From the sequence record MZ501268.1: DNA of 64,000 nt; one strand, written 5' to 3'. The notes under the pieces were generated by a model, which saw only the letters and a program-made list of their open reading frames with translations, did no database searches and was not told the DNA's origin. Below, piece by piece: positions 43,925-53,663 of the stretch. The stretch's first letter is position 1; the number at the start of each line of letters is the position of its first letter. A program made the position numbers and the translations under genes.

Positions 43925-44410
43925 TTGCTTGAGGTGTCTATGCACGTGATCACGATCGGTGCCGTTGCTATTCTGATCTTCATTATTTTCTTGTGCATAT
44001 CAGAGTGGCGTTTAAAAGTCAGCAAGAACCTTATCTTCCGCGAAGTCACCCGGATTGCGTATTCCATTATCCGCTACACAGAAGTGAAACAGATCACCCC
44101 CGAGATCTATTTGATCGCAGCAGAGCTTCAGGGGAGAATGGTGAAAGTAGGGAACTTCTCCATTACCCAGAAAGACCGTGAAGTCAACATGACTATTGCC
44201 AAGTACATTTCAATCTTTGGTAATCAGCGTGTGCGTGACCCAGTGATCTTACTGCATGTCATCGCCAGACGGTTAAATGAGTTCGATGGGATATCAGCTA
44301 AATCCCTGGTATCGACAAACGGACGCCTGGAGCTCGTTATAGGGCGTGATGATGCAACAGACTATGATCGTGTCATCTATCGCTTCAACTCACCCCAGAC
44401 GTTGTTTTAG
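43925..44410 (+). CDS. N-terminally membrane-anchored hypothetical protein
   Basis: TM segment VITIGAVAILIFIIFLCI; likely start ATG 43940 (RBS GAGGT). Confidence 0.7.
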   Translation: MLEVSMHVITIGAVAILIFIIFLCISEWRLKVSKNLIFREVTRIAYSIIRYTEVKQITPEIYLIAAELQGRMVKVGNFSITQKDREVNMTIAKYISIFGNQRVRDPVILLHVIARRLNEFDGISAKSLVSTNGRLELVIGRDDATDYDRVIYRFNSPQTLF

Positions 44411-44411
44411 G

Positions 44412-44445
44412 CGGCATAAGGGGCAGGGTTTCCCCCGCCCGCTTA
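44412..44445 (-). terminator. terminator for the convergent - strand operon with TTATGCCG on the - strand
   Basis: CGGCATAA followed by a GC-rich imperfect hairpin. Confidence 0.65.
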
Positions 44446-45096
44446 TTAGGTTGTTGTCTGATTGGTCAAACGGGTTTCGTAGTCTGCAATGATTGCCCGG
44501 AGTTGAGCAATCGTTGTCTGCGCTGCTAACAACTGAGCATGCTCTGTCGTTCTGCGTTTGATCGCATTCTTTCGATTCTCTTCAGCCAAACGATACTGTT
44601 CAGCACTGACGGCATTAGTCGACGGTGCAATTGCAATCGCAATCGTTGGTTCCACACCCGTCAGATCACTGATCGCTGCTTTCACTACATCTTCAGTTTG
44701 TTGTAACTGATCGATAATAGATGAAGGTAACGCACCCAGTGAACACGACATTACCACGTACTGATACTGGATTGCACTGTCATCAGGAAACTTCGTGATG
44801 TAGGTGCTTGGGATGTAAATAGGACTACGCCCAACTGACGATAACGTAATGACGTTAGCGGCGAGTAATACATCTGCATCCATGTTGGCTTGCGTTAACC
44901 CGACCGGGGTGTATACACGACCAAGGATATCCACACCCAATGCCTGAAGCTCAGGGAAGGTACGGATGGCCTCAACCTGGTAAATCACCCCAGGATCAAT
45001 CTTGGTATAGTCAGCAACCCCAGCGCTACCCATGTAGGGTTCAGCAACTGTGAATAACCCTTTGGTTAGGATGGGTGGTGTTAATGACGTTGCCAT
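44446..45096 (-). CDS. putative virion structural protein (phiKZ-like core)
   Basis: 216 aa; operonic with 45107..46420; C-terminal coiled coil. Confidence 0.55.
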   Translation of the reverse strand: MATSLTPPILTKGLFTVAEPYMGSAGVADYTKIDPGVIYQVEAIRTFPELQALGVDILGRVYTPVGLTQANMDADVLLAANVITLSSVGRSPIYIPSTYITKFPDDSAIQYQYVVMSCSLGALPSSIIDQLQQTEDVVKAAISDLTGVEPTIAIAIAPSTNAVSAEQYRLAEENRKNAIKRRTTEHAQLLAAQTTIAQLRAIIADYETRLTNQTTT

Positions 45097-45106
45097 GTAC
45101 TACTCC

Positions 45107-46420
45107 TTATGCGTACAGTGACTCAACATAAGGTTTCGCCACTACCAGGAACTTGATACCATTAACTGATTTCGCGGCACAGATCACACCATCACGAACC
45201 ACACGTGAGATCTCCGCTGGCAGCTCACTGAACTCGGTCATGGTCTCGGCTGCAATCAACATCGTTTGCATGTCGTAGATCCATTCCTGGGTATCAGGAG
45301 AGAGGCGGTCGAATTCAGTGTCGTCTGACGGGATCAGGGCGTAGTCAGGGTACAGTTCTTTTAACTTGATCTGACCATCACGGTTCGTTGGCTTAGCCAC
45401 GGCGTAAAGATCGAGTGACTTGTGCAATGCCGGGAAGACTTGCAGTGACGCTTTGATGTGGTCAGCTTCATACCACTTCATGACTTTGGTCGGCATTTCT
45501 AACATGGTTTCGTAGTCGACTACCGGTGAATTGGTACCCGCTTCTGTTGTTTTGTTAGGAATGCTATAGGACAACCAATCCGGTGCGATAACGTACTCGA
45601 TCGGGTTGAATAGGTCCGGGATAACCAGCGCCCACTCATCTTCACTGAACTGGGAATTTGCCAGAATATCGGCTTTCAACAGTTCATAAATAGCATCGTC
45701 GTTATTGCCATTCTTGCCGTAACCGACAATGGTGAAATAACCCACTTGCCACTTAGACGTATTTTCTTTATCGTAGATCTTAAACGAGATCTCACGAATA
45801 AACGTCGGTGGGTTAATACCCATGATGGTGTTGATATTCTTGGCGACGTCACCTTTCGTCACCGAGTCAATCGCCGTCTTCGCTGTATTGTAATCTTCAT
45901 GCAGCACGTCAATTTGACTTAAAGGGACAGGATAGTCAGCAAAGAGTTCGTAGCGCGGATAGCTGAGTTCAAATGACTCATCCGATAACCAGATTTTAAT
46001 GAGGTTATCATCACTGCCACTCAGCTTACCGGAAACCCATTCAGGGGCCCAGTATTTACCGTCAGTGACCATATCCCCGATGGCCAGGTTTTCCCAGGAC
46101 GTATCGAAATCTGCTTTGATCTGTTGTAAAGCGATTGTCTTGTCGTTGGTAAAGCGCCCATCAGCAATACGCACAAGCATCCACGCTTGTAAGTTAAGGA
46201 TAGCTAAACTGTAAGTACTGGATAACTGGAACGCTACATCGTTCTCATCAGTTGCTGTAAAAACAAGCAGAGCAGTACCTGGTTTGTCCGTGTTAGTGTA
46301 CGTCCCAATATCCCGTGAAAATGACACTGAGAGTTGCGACAGTTCGCCAATGGGGTTGGTAACACCTTTCTGGTTGTTATTCAGTGACGGATACACTGAA
46401 AACCCTAGAATCGTTTTCAT
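45107..46420 (-). CDS. putative virion structural protein (phiKZ-like core)
   Basis: Start moved to ATG 46420 (MKTILGF, RBS AAGGG); GELS..S.SFSRD motif; position divergent from RNase H as in phiKZ-like genomes. Confidence 0.55.
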   Translation of the reverse strand: MKTILGFSVYPSLNNNQKGVTNPIGELSQLSVSFSRDIGTYTNTDKPGTALLVFTATDENDVAFQLSSTYSLAILNLQAWMLVRIADGRFTNDKTIALQQIKADFDTSWENLAIGDMVTDGKYWAPEWVSGKLSGSDDNLIKIWLSDESFELSYPRYELFADYPVPLSQIDVLHEDYNTAKTAIDSVTKGDVAKNINTIMGINPPTFIREISFKIYDKENTSKWQVGYFTIVGYGKNGNNDDAIYELLKADILANSQFSEDEWALVIPDLFNPIEYVIAPDWLSYSIPNKTTEAGTNSPVVDYETMLEMPTKVMKWYEADHIKASLQVFPALHKSLDLYAVAKPTNRDGQIKLKELYPDYALIPSDDTEFDRLSPDTQEWIYDMQTMLIAAETMTEFSELPAEISRVVRDGVICAAKSVNGIKFLVVAKPYVESLYA

Positions 46421-46498
46421 AGCTCGCCCTTTACATGGGATGGGATTAAAATACATAACATTTAACACAGCGTACGAGGGCCTGTAGGGAGACGAGAC

Positions 46499-46906
46499 GT
46501 GTTATTCTTAAAGTTATTCTTTTGGAGTCTTCCCTTTATAAAGAAACGGTCTAAAACTTTTATGGCCGATGGGGCGACTCGTTATAATGCATCGAAGAAA
46601 GCACGCGGGTGGTTTTACGCAATATCGATGGCATTCTTTTTATTCCTTGGTATTATCACCTGGGGCTATCGTCAATACGACTATCTGTCTAAACAGAACC
46701 GTCATATGACCGAAGAGATCTCCCAGCTTAAAGGCCGCATCAACATCTACCCTACTTTATCAGACACTATCGAGCAAAATAGATTACTGCTGAGTCAAAA
46801 CCACGATCTTGCAGAGGAACTCATTAAAACTCGTCAAACTAATAGCGAGCTGTATAAAGAGAACCAAAAGCTGCAACTTCAAGTGGAAAACCGCAAAGCG
46901 AAGTGA
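46499..46906 (+). CDS. TM + coiled-coil protein
   Basis: TM segment ISMAFFLFLGIITWGY, then heptad repeats. Confidence 0.65.
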   Translation: MLFLKLFFWSLPFIKKRSKTFMADGATRYNASKKARGWFYAISMAFFLFLGIITWGYRQYDYLSKQNRHMTEEISQLKGRINIYPTLSDTIEQNRLLLSQNHDLAEELIKTRQTNSELYKENQKLQLQVENRKAK

Positions 46907-46980
46907 TTAACGCCCGTTTTGGTAATTTATTACGTAGTTGACCAATTATAAGAGAGATATTATTTATTCGAGGGCGTTTC

Positions 46981-48495
46981 ATGGATAAGTTACCAAGCAC
47001 GGCACTTCCCAAGGTGTCGATGGTTTTATACACCGATGGTGGTTGTCGTCAGAACATCGGTGGCTGGGGTATCCACGGATACAGCTGGTTGATGGAAGAC
47101 GACGACAAGAAAAAGAAAAAGAAGCCTGCGCGTGATGTTCCATCCACGACCGGGTATATTGTCAAAGACGATCCGAAGATCGACATTCGCGAAGTGGTCA
47201 GGCCCCACGAAGTGATTGAAGGGTTCGGTGGTATTTTGCCAAACACAACCAATAACGTTGCAGAGTTAACCGCGACGATTAATGGTATTGATCTTGCACT
47301 ACAGCAGAACACAGAAAGTCTCATCATCATCTCTGATTCCAAATACGTTGGCGACAACGCAAAGAACCAGCTGCATCGTTGGATGAAAGCTGGCTGGAAG
47401 AAAGCCGATGGTGGTGATGTTGCAAACAAAGAGCTGTGGGAAAACCTCAGTACCAAACTGGAGGAGCTGAAGTTCCGTGGCATCTCCTTTGATATTGAGT
47501 GGCTCAAAGGTCACGCGGGCCATCGTGGTAATCAGTTCGCTGACTACATGGCAACCCGTGGGGTGTTTAAAGGTCGTGCTGGTGATGCACAGCCTTATTA
47601 CCAGATCCAAGATGCTAACGAGTATGAGAAGTACAAAACTGAACGTCCACGTTTTGTGACTCACTCTCGCTGGTACTTTACCTTGCAGGCTGAGAAGCTC
47701 ATGAACAAGAACGATCATGGCTTCTATGAATACTGTTTCGGGCACCCTAGTAAAGGCGATGCTGATCAACAGTACCTCGGGAAGGCTTTGGCGGATACTG
47801 CATTTAGCGTGGTCTGGTTAAAGGCTCCAGAGGAGTGCCTGGATCTGGTGTACACCCGCACCAAAGAAATTGCGACTGAAGTGTACGGTAATGCACTCAT
47901 CGGTCGTTTAGACAACATTTACAATCCATTTATTCACAAAGAGATCATGGACTACGGCGGGTCGTTATTGCAACGTGCTAACAAGTACAACAATGACATC
48001 ACCAACTGTACCGATGCTCAAGTGGTGCGTGAATGTAATCCGCCAGGTATCTCTTACCGTGCTCTGTCTAATTTGGAGTACTTAAGCCGTACTTTGAATG
48101 AGTTTGTCAGCGAAGGTTTGCCTACTACAACCAGGGTGGTAGACATTACTGACAAAATCTACGAGACGGTAAAGGGTAAGAAAGAAGATAAGCTGGCGTT
48201 GGTTGGTTCGATTCGTCAAACCGACAAAGCGCTCAAGTTCAGTGTACCGTGTGATGTGATTGACAAAGCAATTGAAGTTGAAGTCACCGCAACACTCGGG
48301 TTGACCTTACCTAACCGTAATACCTTAAATGGCATCACGGAACTAAACCCGAAGGTATACCTGTTCTTGATCAAAGAGTCCGACATTGCATTTCGCTACG
48401 GATCGATTGTGGTATGCGATGAAGGTTATTGCATTATGGCTAATGTCTATGCTGATCTGCGTACGCTATCGAAAAAGGATCTGGAGCGTTGTTGA
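46981..48495 (+). CDS. rnhA: ribonuclease HI with C-terminal extension (phiKZ gp155-like)
   Basis: LYTDGGC, TTNNVAELTA, ISDSKYV, NKELW, WLKGHAGHRGNQFADYMA. Confidence 0.92.
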   Translation: MDKLPSTALPKVSMVLYTDGGCRQNIGGWGIHGYSWLMEDDDKKKKKKPARDVPSTTGYIVKDDPKIDIREVVRPHEVIEGFGGILPNTTNNVAELTATINGIDLALQQNTESLIIISDSKYVGDNAKNQLHRWMKAGWKKADGGDVANKELWENLSTKLEELKFRGISFDIEWLKGHAGHRGNQFADYMATRGVFKGRAGDAQPYYQIQDANEYEKYKTERPRFVTHSRWYFTLQAEKLMNKNDHGFYEYCFGHPSKGDADQQYLGKALADTAFSVVWLKAPEECLDLVYTRTKEIATEVYGNALIGRLDNIYNPFIHKEIMDYGGSLLQRANKYNNDITNCTDAQVVRECNPPGISYRALSNLEYLSRTLNEFVSEGLPTTTRVVDITDKIYETVKGKKEDKLALVGSIRQTDKALKFSVPCDVIDKAIEVEVTATLGLTLPNRNTLNGITELNPKVYLFLIKESDIAFRYGSIVVCDEGYCIMANVYADLRTLSKKDLERC

Positions 48496-48510
48496 CAGTA
48501 GGGGTGATAT

Positions 48511-48867
48511 GTGACCACGTTATTTGCCGGTGCACCAACTAAGCTTCCAATGATGGACTTATCTGCAATCATGGATCCCGATAAGGATCTGGAGTCTCGG
48601 CTGAAACGGAAGTTGCTGTTGACTTTCGTTTGCCATCGCCGGAAACCTCGGGCCAGTGCTGATGAACTTAATCGTGCACATGACCTGTGTGAGGATTCGG
48701 CTGATGTTGAGCAATGCCTTGATTATATTACTCGCATGAGTCCTGAATTCAATGAAGCTTACGATGGTGTTGATATTGAGTGTGTAATGGAAGTCATCGG
48801 GCACACGCCTGAATGGTTACGTTACGGCTCAGCTATCGAAATGTGGACTGATCTCAAGCAGTTGTAG
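48511..48867 (+). CDS. hypothetical protein
   Basis: 118-aa ORF in operon. Confidence 0.6.
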   Translation: MTTLFAGAPTKLPMMDLSAIMDPDKDLESRLKRKLLLTFVCHRRKPRASADELNRAHDLCEDSADVEQCLDYITRMSPEFNEAYDGVDIECVMEVIGHTPEWLRYGSAIEMWTDLKQL

Positions 48868-48906
48868 GGCATAAGAGGAGGGCTAGTGCCCTCCTCTACT
48901 TTATGC
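48868..48906. terminator. bidirectional terminator flanked by TTATGC on both strands
   Basis: GGCATAA + AGAGGAGGGC-TAGT-GCCCTCCTCT + ACTTTATGC. Confidence 0.85.
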
Positions 48907-48915
48907 TCATTTTTT

Positions 48916-49713
48916 TTAATTGAGCTCTTTTGCCAACTTCAACGCAGAGTTGTTCAGTGCAGTACCCGTGGTAATAAAGAGGGTATGACACACACTGTAC
49001 AGGTCTGCTGCACGTGCTGTATCCAGCATGACCTTCGCCAACTGATCCAGTTCACCTTTATTAACGGTGAGGTCACCAGACTCAATCTGGGTGAAGATCA
49101 AGTCAGACAGTTCGGCCACACGTTGTACCGCGGCGTTAAAGTCACGAATCTGACCGCGCTTAAGCATGCCGATCAGTTTGTTGAAATCGTCGTACACGGT
49201 GGTGAATTCAGTCAGGTTCTGGAAGCGAGCAGCGAAGCTAACCTCAGTAACATCTTTTCCACCCAGGGACTTGCCGAGGACAGATTCAACTTTACCCAGA
49301 ATCGCTTTGTCGACATTTGGCGCGTAGGCCACACTGGCTTTCTTAGAAGCAACCTGGGCCAGCCAAGTCTGCAGCTTATTAATGTGGTCAGACTCAACCA
49401 TGGTGCAGAACGCCCGTGCGGTAGCCAGGTTATCAACCCATTCGCGGTAGGTGATGTTCAGACGAGCTGGCTGTGAAATCGTGCGATCCATGAAGTCAGC
49501 GTAGTTACGCGTCTTTAATGCTTTCGCCAATGGGCTCAGGTCAGCCATGATCAGTTCTTTCGTGGTACCGTAAGCACGGTCTTGGAAGAACTTCTTGACA
49601 CCATCAAAAAAGTTACGAATCGGAGCGATGATGTTCAGTGCTTCGAGGCCGGCACCAGATGACTCACGCAGTCCTTGGTAATCGGCTTCTAGGTTTTCAA
49701 TGTTGTACGACAT
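48916..49713 (-). CDS. putative virion head protein (phiKZ gp153-like position)
   Basis: AGLEA cleavage-type site near the N-terminus (phiKZ-like head protease cleaves after A-x-E); located between RNase H and UvsX. Confidence 0.55.
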   Translation of the reverse strand: MSYNIENLEADYQGLRESSGAGLEALNIIAPIRNFFDGVKKFFQDRAYGTTKELIMADLSPLAKALKTRNYADFMDRTISQPARLNITYREWVDNLATARAFCTMVESDHINKLQTWLAQVASKKASVAYAPNVDKAILGKVESVLGKSLGGKDVTEVSFAARFQNLTEFTTVYDDFNKLIGMLKRGQIRDFNAAVQRVAELSDLIFTQIESGDLTVNKGELDQLAKVMLDTARAADLYSVCHTLFITTGTALNNSALKLAKELN

Positions 49714-49794
49714 ATGTACTCCGTGAGTTAAAAGTAATCTATTACATAAGATGACTTATTATGAAGGTATTATTAATTAAAAGGACCGCACACA

Positions 49795-51180
49795 ATGTTG
49801 TCATTCGGTGAATTTGTTGAGAAGTCACGCCCTATTCGTCCTTTCTTGAATATTGGCGCTGGCTTCGATATCCCGACCGGAAGCTACCGTTTCGGTAAGC
49901 ACGGCGAATCTATTCTTAATGGTGGTCTTGCACCGTTCATTGCCATCGTAGGTAAAGGTAACACCTTTAAGACAGCGATTGGTTGTTTCATGATGACCCG
50001 CGTCCTGGAGCGCTACAGCAACTCTAACGGCCTGCACTACGATACCGAGTGTACGTTCAGTGCTGATCGTTTAACCAGCCTGACAAGTCGCCTGGGGCCT
50101 GATGCTGCTGCAGACTGGCTGGCAGCCGACCGCATCTATTTAACTGACGACTCGGTTATTAAAGGTAACCAGTGGTTTAAGAAGTCGGTACAGGAATATG
50201 CAGAAGCCAAGAAGAAGGCCAAGCAAGGTACCTTACCGTTCGTGGATAAAGATGGGAACCTGATTCCTTATCCGTTCCCGACAGTGAACTTCGGCGACTC
50301 CATGTCTGAGATGAAATTCGACGACCTGGAAAAGAACTACGCCAAGATGGAAATCGGCCAGGGTGAAATGCAAACCGAAGCCATGCGTGTGTCAAACGCC
50401 AAACGCATGTTAATCGAGAAGACCCAGGGCTATGCGAATGCCGGCGGGATGTATGTCATCATGACAGCACATCTCGGTAAAGAACTGAACATGGACGGGA
50501 AACCTCAAGAGAAGAAAACCACCTTTATGAAACAAGGTGACAAAATCTCTAAGGTTCCTTCTCAGATTCTGTCTCTACCAAACAACGCCTGGGAAATCTC
50601 CACCGGTACGGTTCTGATTGACAAGAACACCAAAGAGTGGCTGTACCCGAAACAGGGTCGTAATGACGTGGATACCAATGGTAACCCGGACATGATCACT
50701 CTGGTGGCGAAGAACCTGCGTGGTAAGAACGGGCCTTCTGGGGTACCGTGGGAGTTCGTGATGTCACAGTCTGAGGGTCTGCTTCCTTCCTTGACTGAGT
50801 TCCATTACATCAAGAACAACGGACGTTACGGCCTGGGCGGCAATGACCGTAATTATTATGTTGAGTTGTGCCCGGACATCAAATTGCAGCGCACCACTGT
50901 GCGTGATCGCATCGACAGTCACCCCGAGTTACGTCGTGCATTAGAGATCACCATGGAAATGTGTCAGATGCGTTTCTTGTGGCATACCCGCGATCCGAAG
51001 TACAACATGACTCCTCAGGAACTTCGTGAAGGTCTGGAGAAGAAAGGGTACAACTGGGAGCAGTTACTTAACACCCGTGGGTTCTGGACGTTTGAAGAAG
51101 ACAAGCATCCATTACCATTCTTAAGCACAATGGATCTACTCCGCATGTATCATGATGAGTACCGCCCATACTGGCTGTAA
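49795..51180 (+). CDS. uvsX: RecA/UvsX-like recombinase (phiKZ gp152-like)
   Basis: NIGAGFDIPTG, Walker A GKGNTFKT, YDTE, FGDSMS, AKNLRGKNG. Confidence 0.85.
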   Translation: MLSFGEFVEKSRPIRPFLNIGAGFDIPTGSYRFGKHGESILNGGLAPFIAIVGKGNTFKTAIGCFMMTRVLERYSNSNGLHYDTECTFSADRLTSLTSRLGPDAAADWLAADRIYLTDDSVIKGNQWFKKSVQEYAEAKKKAKQGTLPFVDKDGNLIPYPFPTVNFGDSMSEMKFDDLEKNYAKMEIGQGEMQTEAMRVSNAKRMLIEKTQGYANAGGMYVIMTAHLGKELNMDGKPQEKKTTFMKQGDKISKVPSQILSLPNNAWEISTGTVLIDKNTKEWLYPKQGRNDVDTNGNPDMITLVAKNLRGKNGPSGVPWEFVMSQSEGLLPSLTEFHYIKNNGRYGLGGNDRNYYVELCPDIKLQRTTVRDRIDSHPELRRALEITMEMCQMRFLWHTRDPKYNMTPQELREGLEKKGYNWEQLLNTRGFWTFEEDKHPLPFLSTMDLLRMYHDEYRPYWL

Positions 51181-51194
51181 GTGTACCCGCTGTG

Positions 51195-51214
51195 GGAGAG
51201 GGATAACCCTCTCC
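51195..51214 (+). terminator. hairpin terminator with variant tail (TTATACCG)
   Basis: GGAGAGGG-ATAA-CCCTCTCC, then TTCTTATACCGTC. Confidence 0.65.
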
Positions 51215-51259
51215 TTCTTATACCGTCAGTAGAGGGAAATAAGCTAAATAGGAAGCAGT

Positions 51260-51679
51260 ATGCTTAATAAAGAAATACGCATTGTCGTTGCGTCAGTTAA
51301 AGGCTTCACTGATGCAGAGCGTTTAAAAATGACTATTGACGAGTTCCTCGATGACATCTACTACCTCAACGAAGGCATTGGTGAAGACGACGAAGAATTG
51401 ATCACTGACGCGAAGATTGTCTTTATCACCAACGGCGAACACCGCACAGCTGCTGAGCTCTTGCGTACTGCACTCGGTGACCGAGACATCGACATTGAAG
51501 AGATCCGTGTCGATTGGTCTAAAGGTAAGAAAGCCTTTTACGATAACTGTGCCGTCTTGGGTGCTAAATCTACCCACGGTATCATTTTTACGGATCACAA
51601 AGATGAAGGGATGCAGACGCTGTTGAAAGCGTGTCTGGATGCTGGTTCCCGTGTTCGTAGTTATAGCTCTGCTATTTAA
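51260..51679 (+). CDS. divergent SLOG (DUF2493/YAcAr-like) protein
   Basis: IRIVVASVKGFTD..IVFITNG..DWSKGKKA..HGIIFTDHKDEGMQTLL parallels the SLOG pattern. Confidence 0.55.
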   Translation: MLNKEIRIVVASVKGFTDAERLKMTIDEFLDDIYYLNEGIGEDDEELITDAKIVFITNGEHRTAAELLRTALGDRDIDIEEIRVDWSKGKKAFYDNCAVLGAKSTHGIIFTDHKDEGMQTLLKACLDAGSRVRSYSSAI

Positions 51680-51688
51680 GGTAACCCC

Positions 51689-52132
51689 ATGATAGCCTCA
51701 GAAGCCAAAGTCGGTATATTAGACATCCACACCACCCACGTAATATGCACTGTGAACTGCCAGGGTCATATGGGTCGTGGCATTGCTTTATACCTGCGTA
51801 AGTGCGTTCCGGGGCTATACGAGCGCTATAAGCACTTGTGTGACTTAGGCCTCCTCACGGTAGACAAACTCTGGATCTACCACGCACATCCCCGTCATAT
51901 TCTCTGCTTTCCCACCAAGGACCGAACCTGGGAAGACAGTAAGCTGGAATGGATCGAAGCTAACCTGATTAAGCTTCGTGATACCTACAAAGCGAAAGGC
52001 ATTGTCTCGGTTGCAATGCCTCCTCTCGGTTGTGGGAATGGTAATCTAAAGTGGGATGAGGTGCGGAACCTCATTTATGCCATCTTGGGCGATTGTGACC
52101 TGGAAGTACATATCTGTTTGGGCAGACAATAA
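51689..52132 (+). CDS. DarG/TARG1-like macrodomain (ADP-ribose hydrolase)
   Basis: TVNCQGHMGRGIAL, ILCFPTK, SKLEWIE, VAMPPLGCGNGNLKW. Confidence 0.9.
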   Translation: MIASEAKVGILDIHTTHVICTVNCQGHMGRGIALYLRKCVPGLYERYKHLCDLGLLTVDKLWIYHAHPRHILCFPTKDRTWEDSKLEWIEANLIKLRDTYKAKGIVSVAMPPLGCGNGNLKWDEVRNLIYAILGDCDLEVHICLGRQ

Positions 52133-52143
52133 TTGAGGGTACG

Positions 52144-52494
52144 TTGATGATTAATACGTTGTTCTTCCTTTACATTCTAAATACCGGGGGTCAACACGAC
52201 CTCAAAAAGATGCCGTCCTACGACGCCTGTAATGCGGCAAAGATCACTTTATTGAAAGCGGCTGAGCAACACAAGGATGTTGCACCACCCCCGTTGGTTG
52301 TGGACTGTTACAGTGTTAACGGTGTTACTGACATCGCATTCAGTGTACATACGTTCCAGGATATTCAAGACATGATCACCGAACAACGTATTCATGAACT
52401 GACCGAACGATCAAAAGAGATCAAAGACGTCAACCCGAGCGAAGCCATTAAGTATCAGCAGTTCTTAGACAACAAGGAAAAATCCCATGAGTGA
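52144..52494 (+). CDS. hypothetical protein
   Basis: 116-aa ORF in operon. Confidence 0.6.
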   Translation: MMINTLFFLYILNTGGQHDLKKMPSYDACNAAKITLLKAAEQHKDVAPPPLVVDCYSVNGVTDIAFSVHTFQDIQDMITEQRIHELTERSKEIKDVNPSEAIKYQQFLDNKEKSHE

Positions 52495-53365
52495 TGTACG
52501 GGTACTCCCCGATCCACGGGAAGATGGTAAAAGCCACATGAACGTCTACAGCCGTGGCGCAACCTGGCTTGGCCAGCAACTCTCCAATATGGCGTACTAT
52601 AACTTCGCACATCCTAAGTACGGTGTGTTCGCCTCGTTGGAAGGTTTCTGGTATTGGCTGGCAACTGGCAAGCAACATGAAGAGCTGCGTAACCTGGCGG
52701 GTGTAAAAGCCAAGATGGTGGGGCGCGACTTTGAAGCCATCCCTCTCGATACCTTTGAAGAAGAGTTCAAAGAAGCCATGCGCTTGCGCCTGGAGCAACA
52801 CCCGATCATTGCCAATGCGTTGGCCGAATCTATATTACCGCTGGAGCACTACTATTGCTACGGTGGCAAAGTCATTGATCTGTACGAACGGCATAAATGG
52901 CAGATGGAGTTTTACGAGCAATGGCGTAAAGAGAACGCACCGGAAGACCACTCCATTGTGTTATTAATCTCAGGCTCACGTAAAGAGAAAGACTACGATT
53001 CATTTAAGAACATCGTGATGACTTATCTCCAACCGTACATTGAGCGTAACAAAGACACGTACAAGATCACACTGCTGTCAGGATTGGCTTGGGAAGGTCC
53101 AGATGACATGGCGATTCGTTTATGCCGTGAAGAAGGCTTTATGTTGGTTGGTCTGCCAGCGAAATGGAAAGAGCAAGGCAAAGCGGCGGGAATGATTCGT
53201 AACGGGGCGATGGGGCGGTTGTGTAACAAAGCTCTGGTGTTCTGGGACGGGGAATCACCGGGGACAAAAGGGATGATTGATTACCTGAAGAAAAATACTA
53301 TAGACCATCTTGTGTATATGCACGGTAAACATGAACCTGACTGGAAAGCGCCGGAAGCGGCATAG
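52487..53365 (+). CDS. NADAR-like domain fused to a SLOG (YAcAr/DUF2493) domain
   Basis: N-terminal LSNM..FASLEGFW..AKMVGR..EQHPIIANAL; C-terminal LLISGSR..LLSG..W..GKAAGMIRNGAM..ALVFWDGESPGTKGMI. Confidence 0.75.
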   Translation: MSDVRVLPDPREDGKSHMNVYSRGATWLGQQLSNMAYYNFAHPKYGVFASLEGFWYWLATGKQHEELRNLAGVKAKMVGRDFEAIPLDTFEEEFKEAMRLRLEQHPIIANALAESILPLEHYYCYGGKVIDLYERHKWQMEFYEQWRKENAPEDHSIVLLISGSRKEKDYDSFKNIVMTYLQPYIERNKDTYKITLLSGLAWEGPDDMAIRLCREEGFMLVGLPAKWKEQGKAAGMIRNGAMGRLCNKALVFWDGESPGTKGMIDYLKKNTIDHLVYMHGKHEPDWKAPEAA

Positions 53366-53378
53366 AGGAGTGTAATAG

Positions 53379-53663
53379 ATGTCGACGTTGCAACTTGCTG
53401 TAAACGGTGAATATTTCGACGCCATGAAAGACGGCAGTAAAGTGGAAGAGTTTCGCTTGACAACCCCTTATTGGGAGAAGCGTTTACTCAACCGCGATTA
53501 CGATCGTCTGATTATTACACGGGGGTATCCAAGTCGTGATGATCAGTCTCGGCGTATTGATATCCCTTATAATGGTTACGAAGTAAAAACCATTACTCAT
53601 CCGCATTTTGGTGACCAGCCAGTGAATGTTTTCGCCATTAAAGTTAATCTGGAGAAATCATGA
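53379..53663 (+). CDS. ASCH-domain protein
   Basis: LQLAVNGEYFDAMKDGSKVEEFRL..YWEKRL. Confidence 0.85.
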   Translation: MSTLQLAVNGEYFDAMKDGSKVEEFRLTTPYWEKRLLNRDYDRLIITRGYPSRDDQSRRIDIPYNGYEVKTITHPHFGDQPVNVFAIKVNLEKS

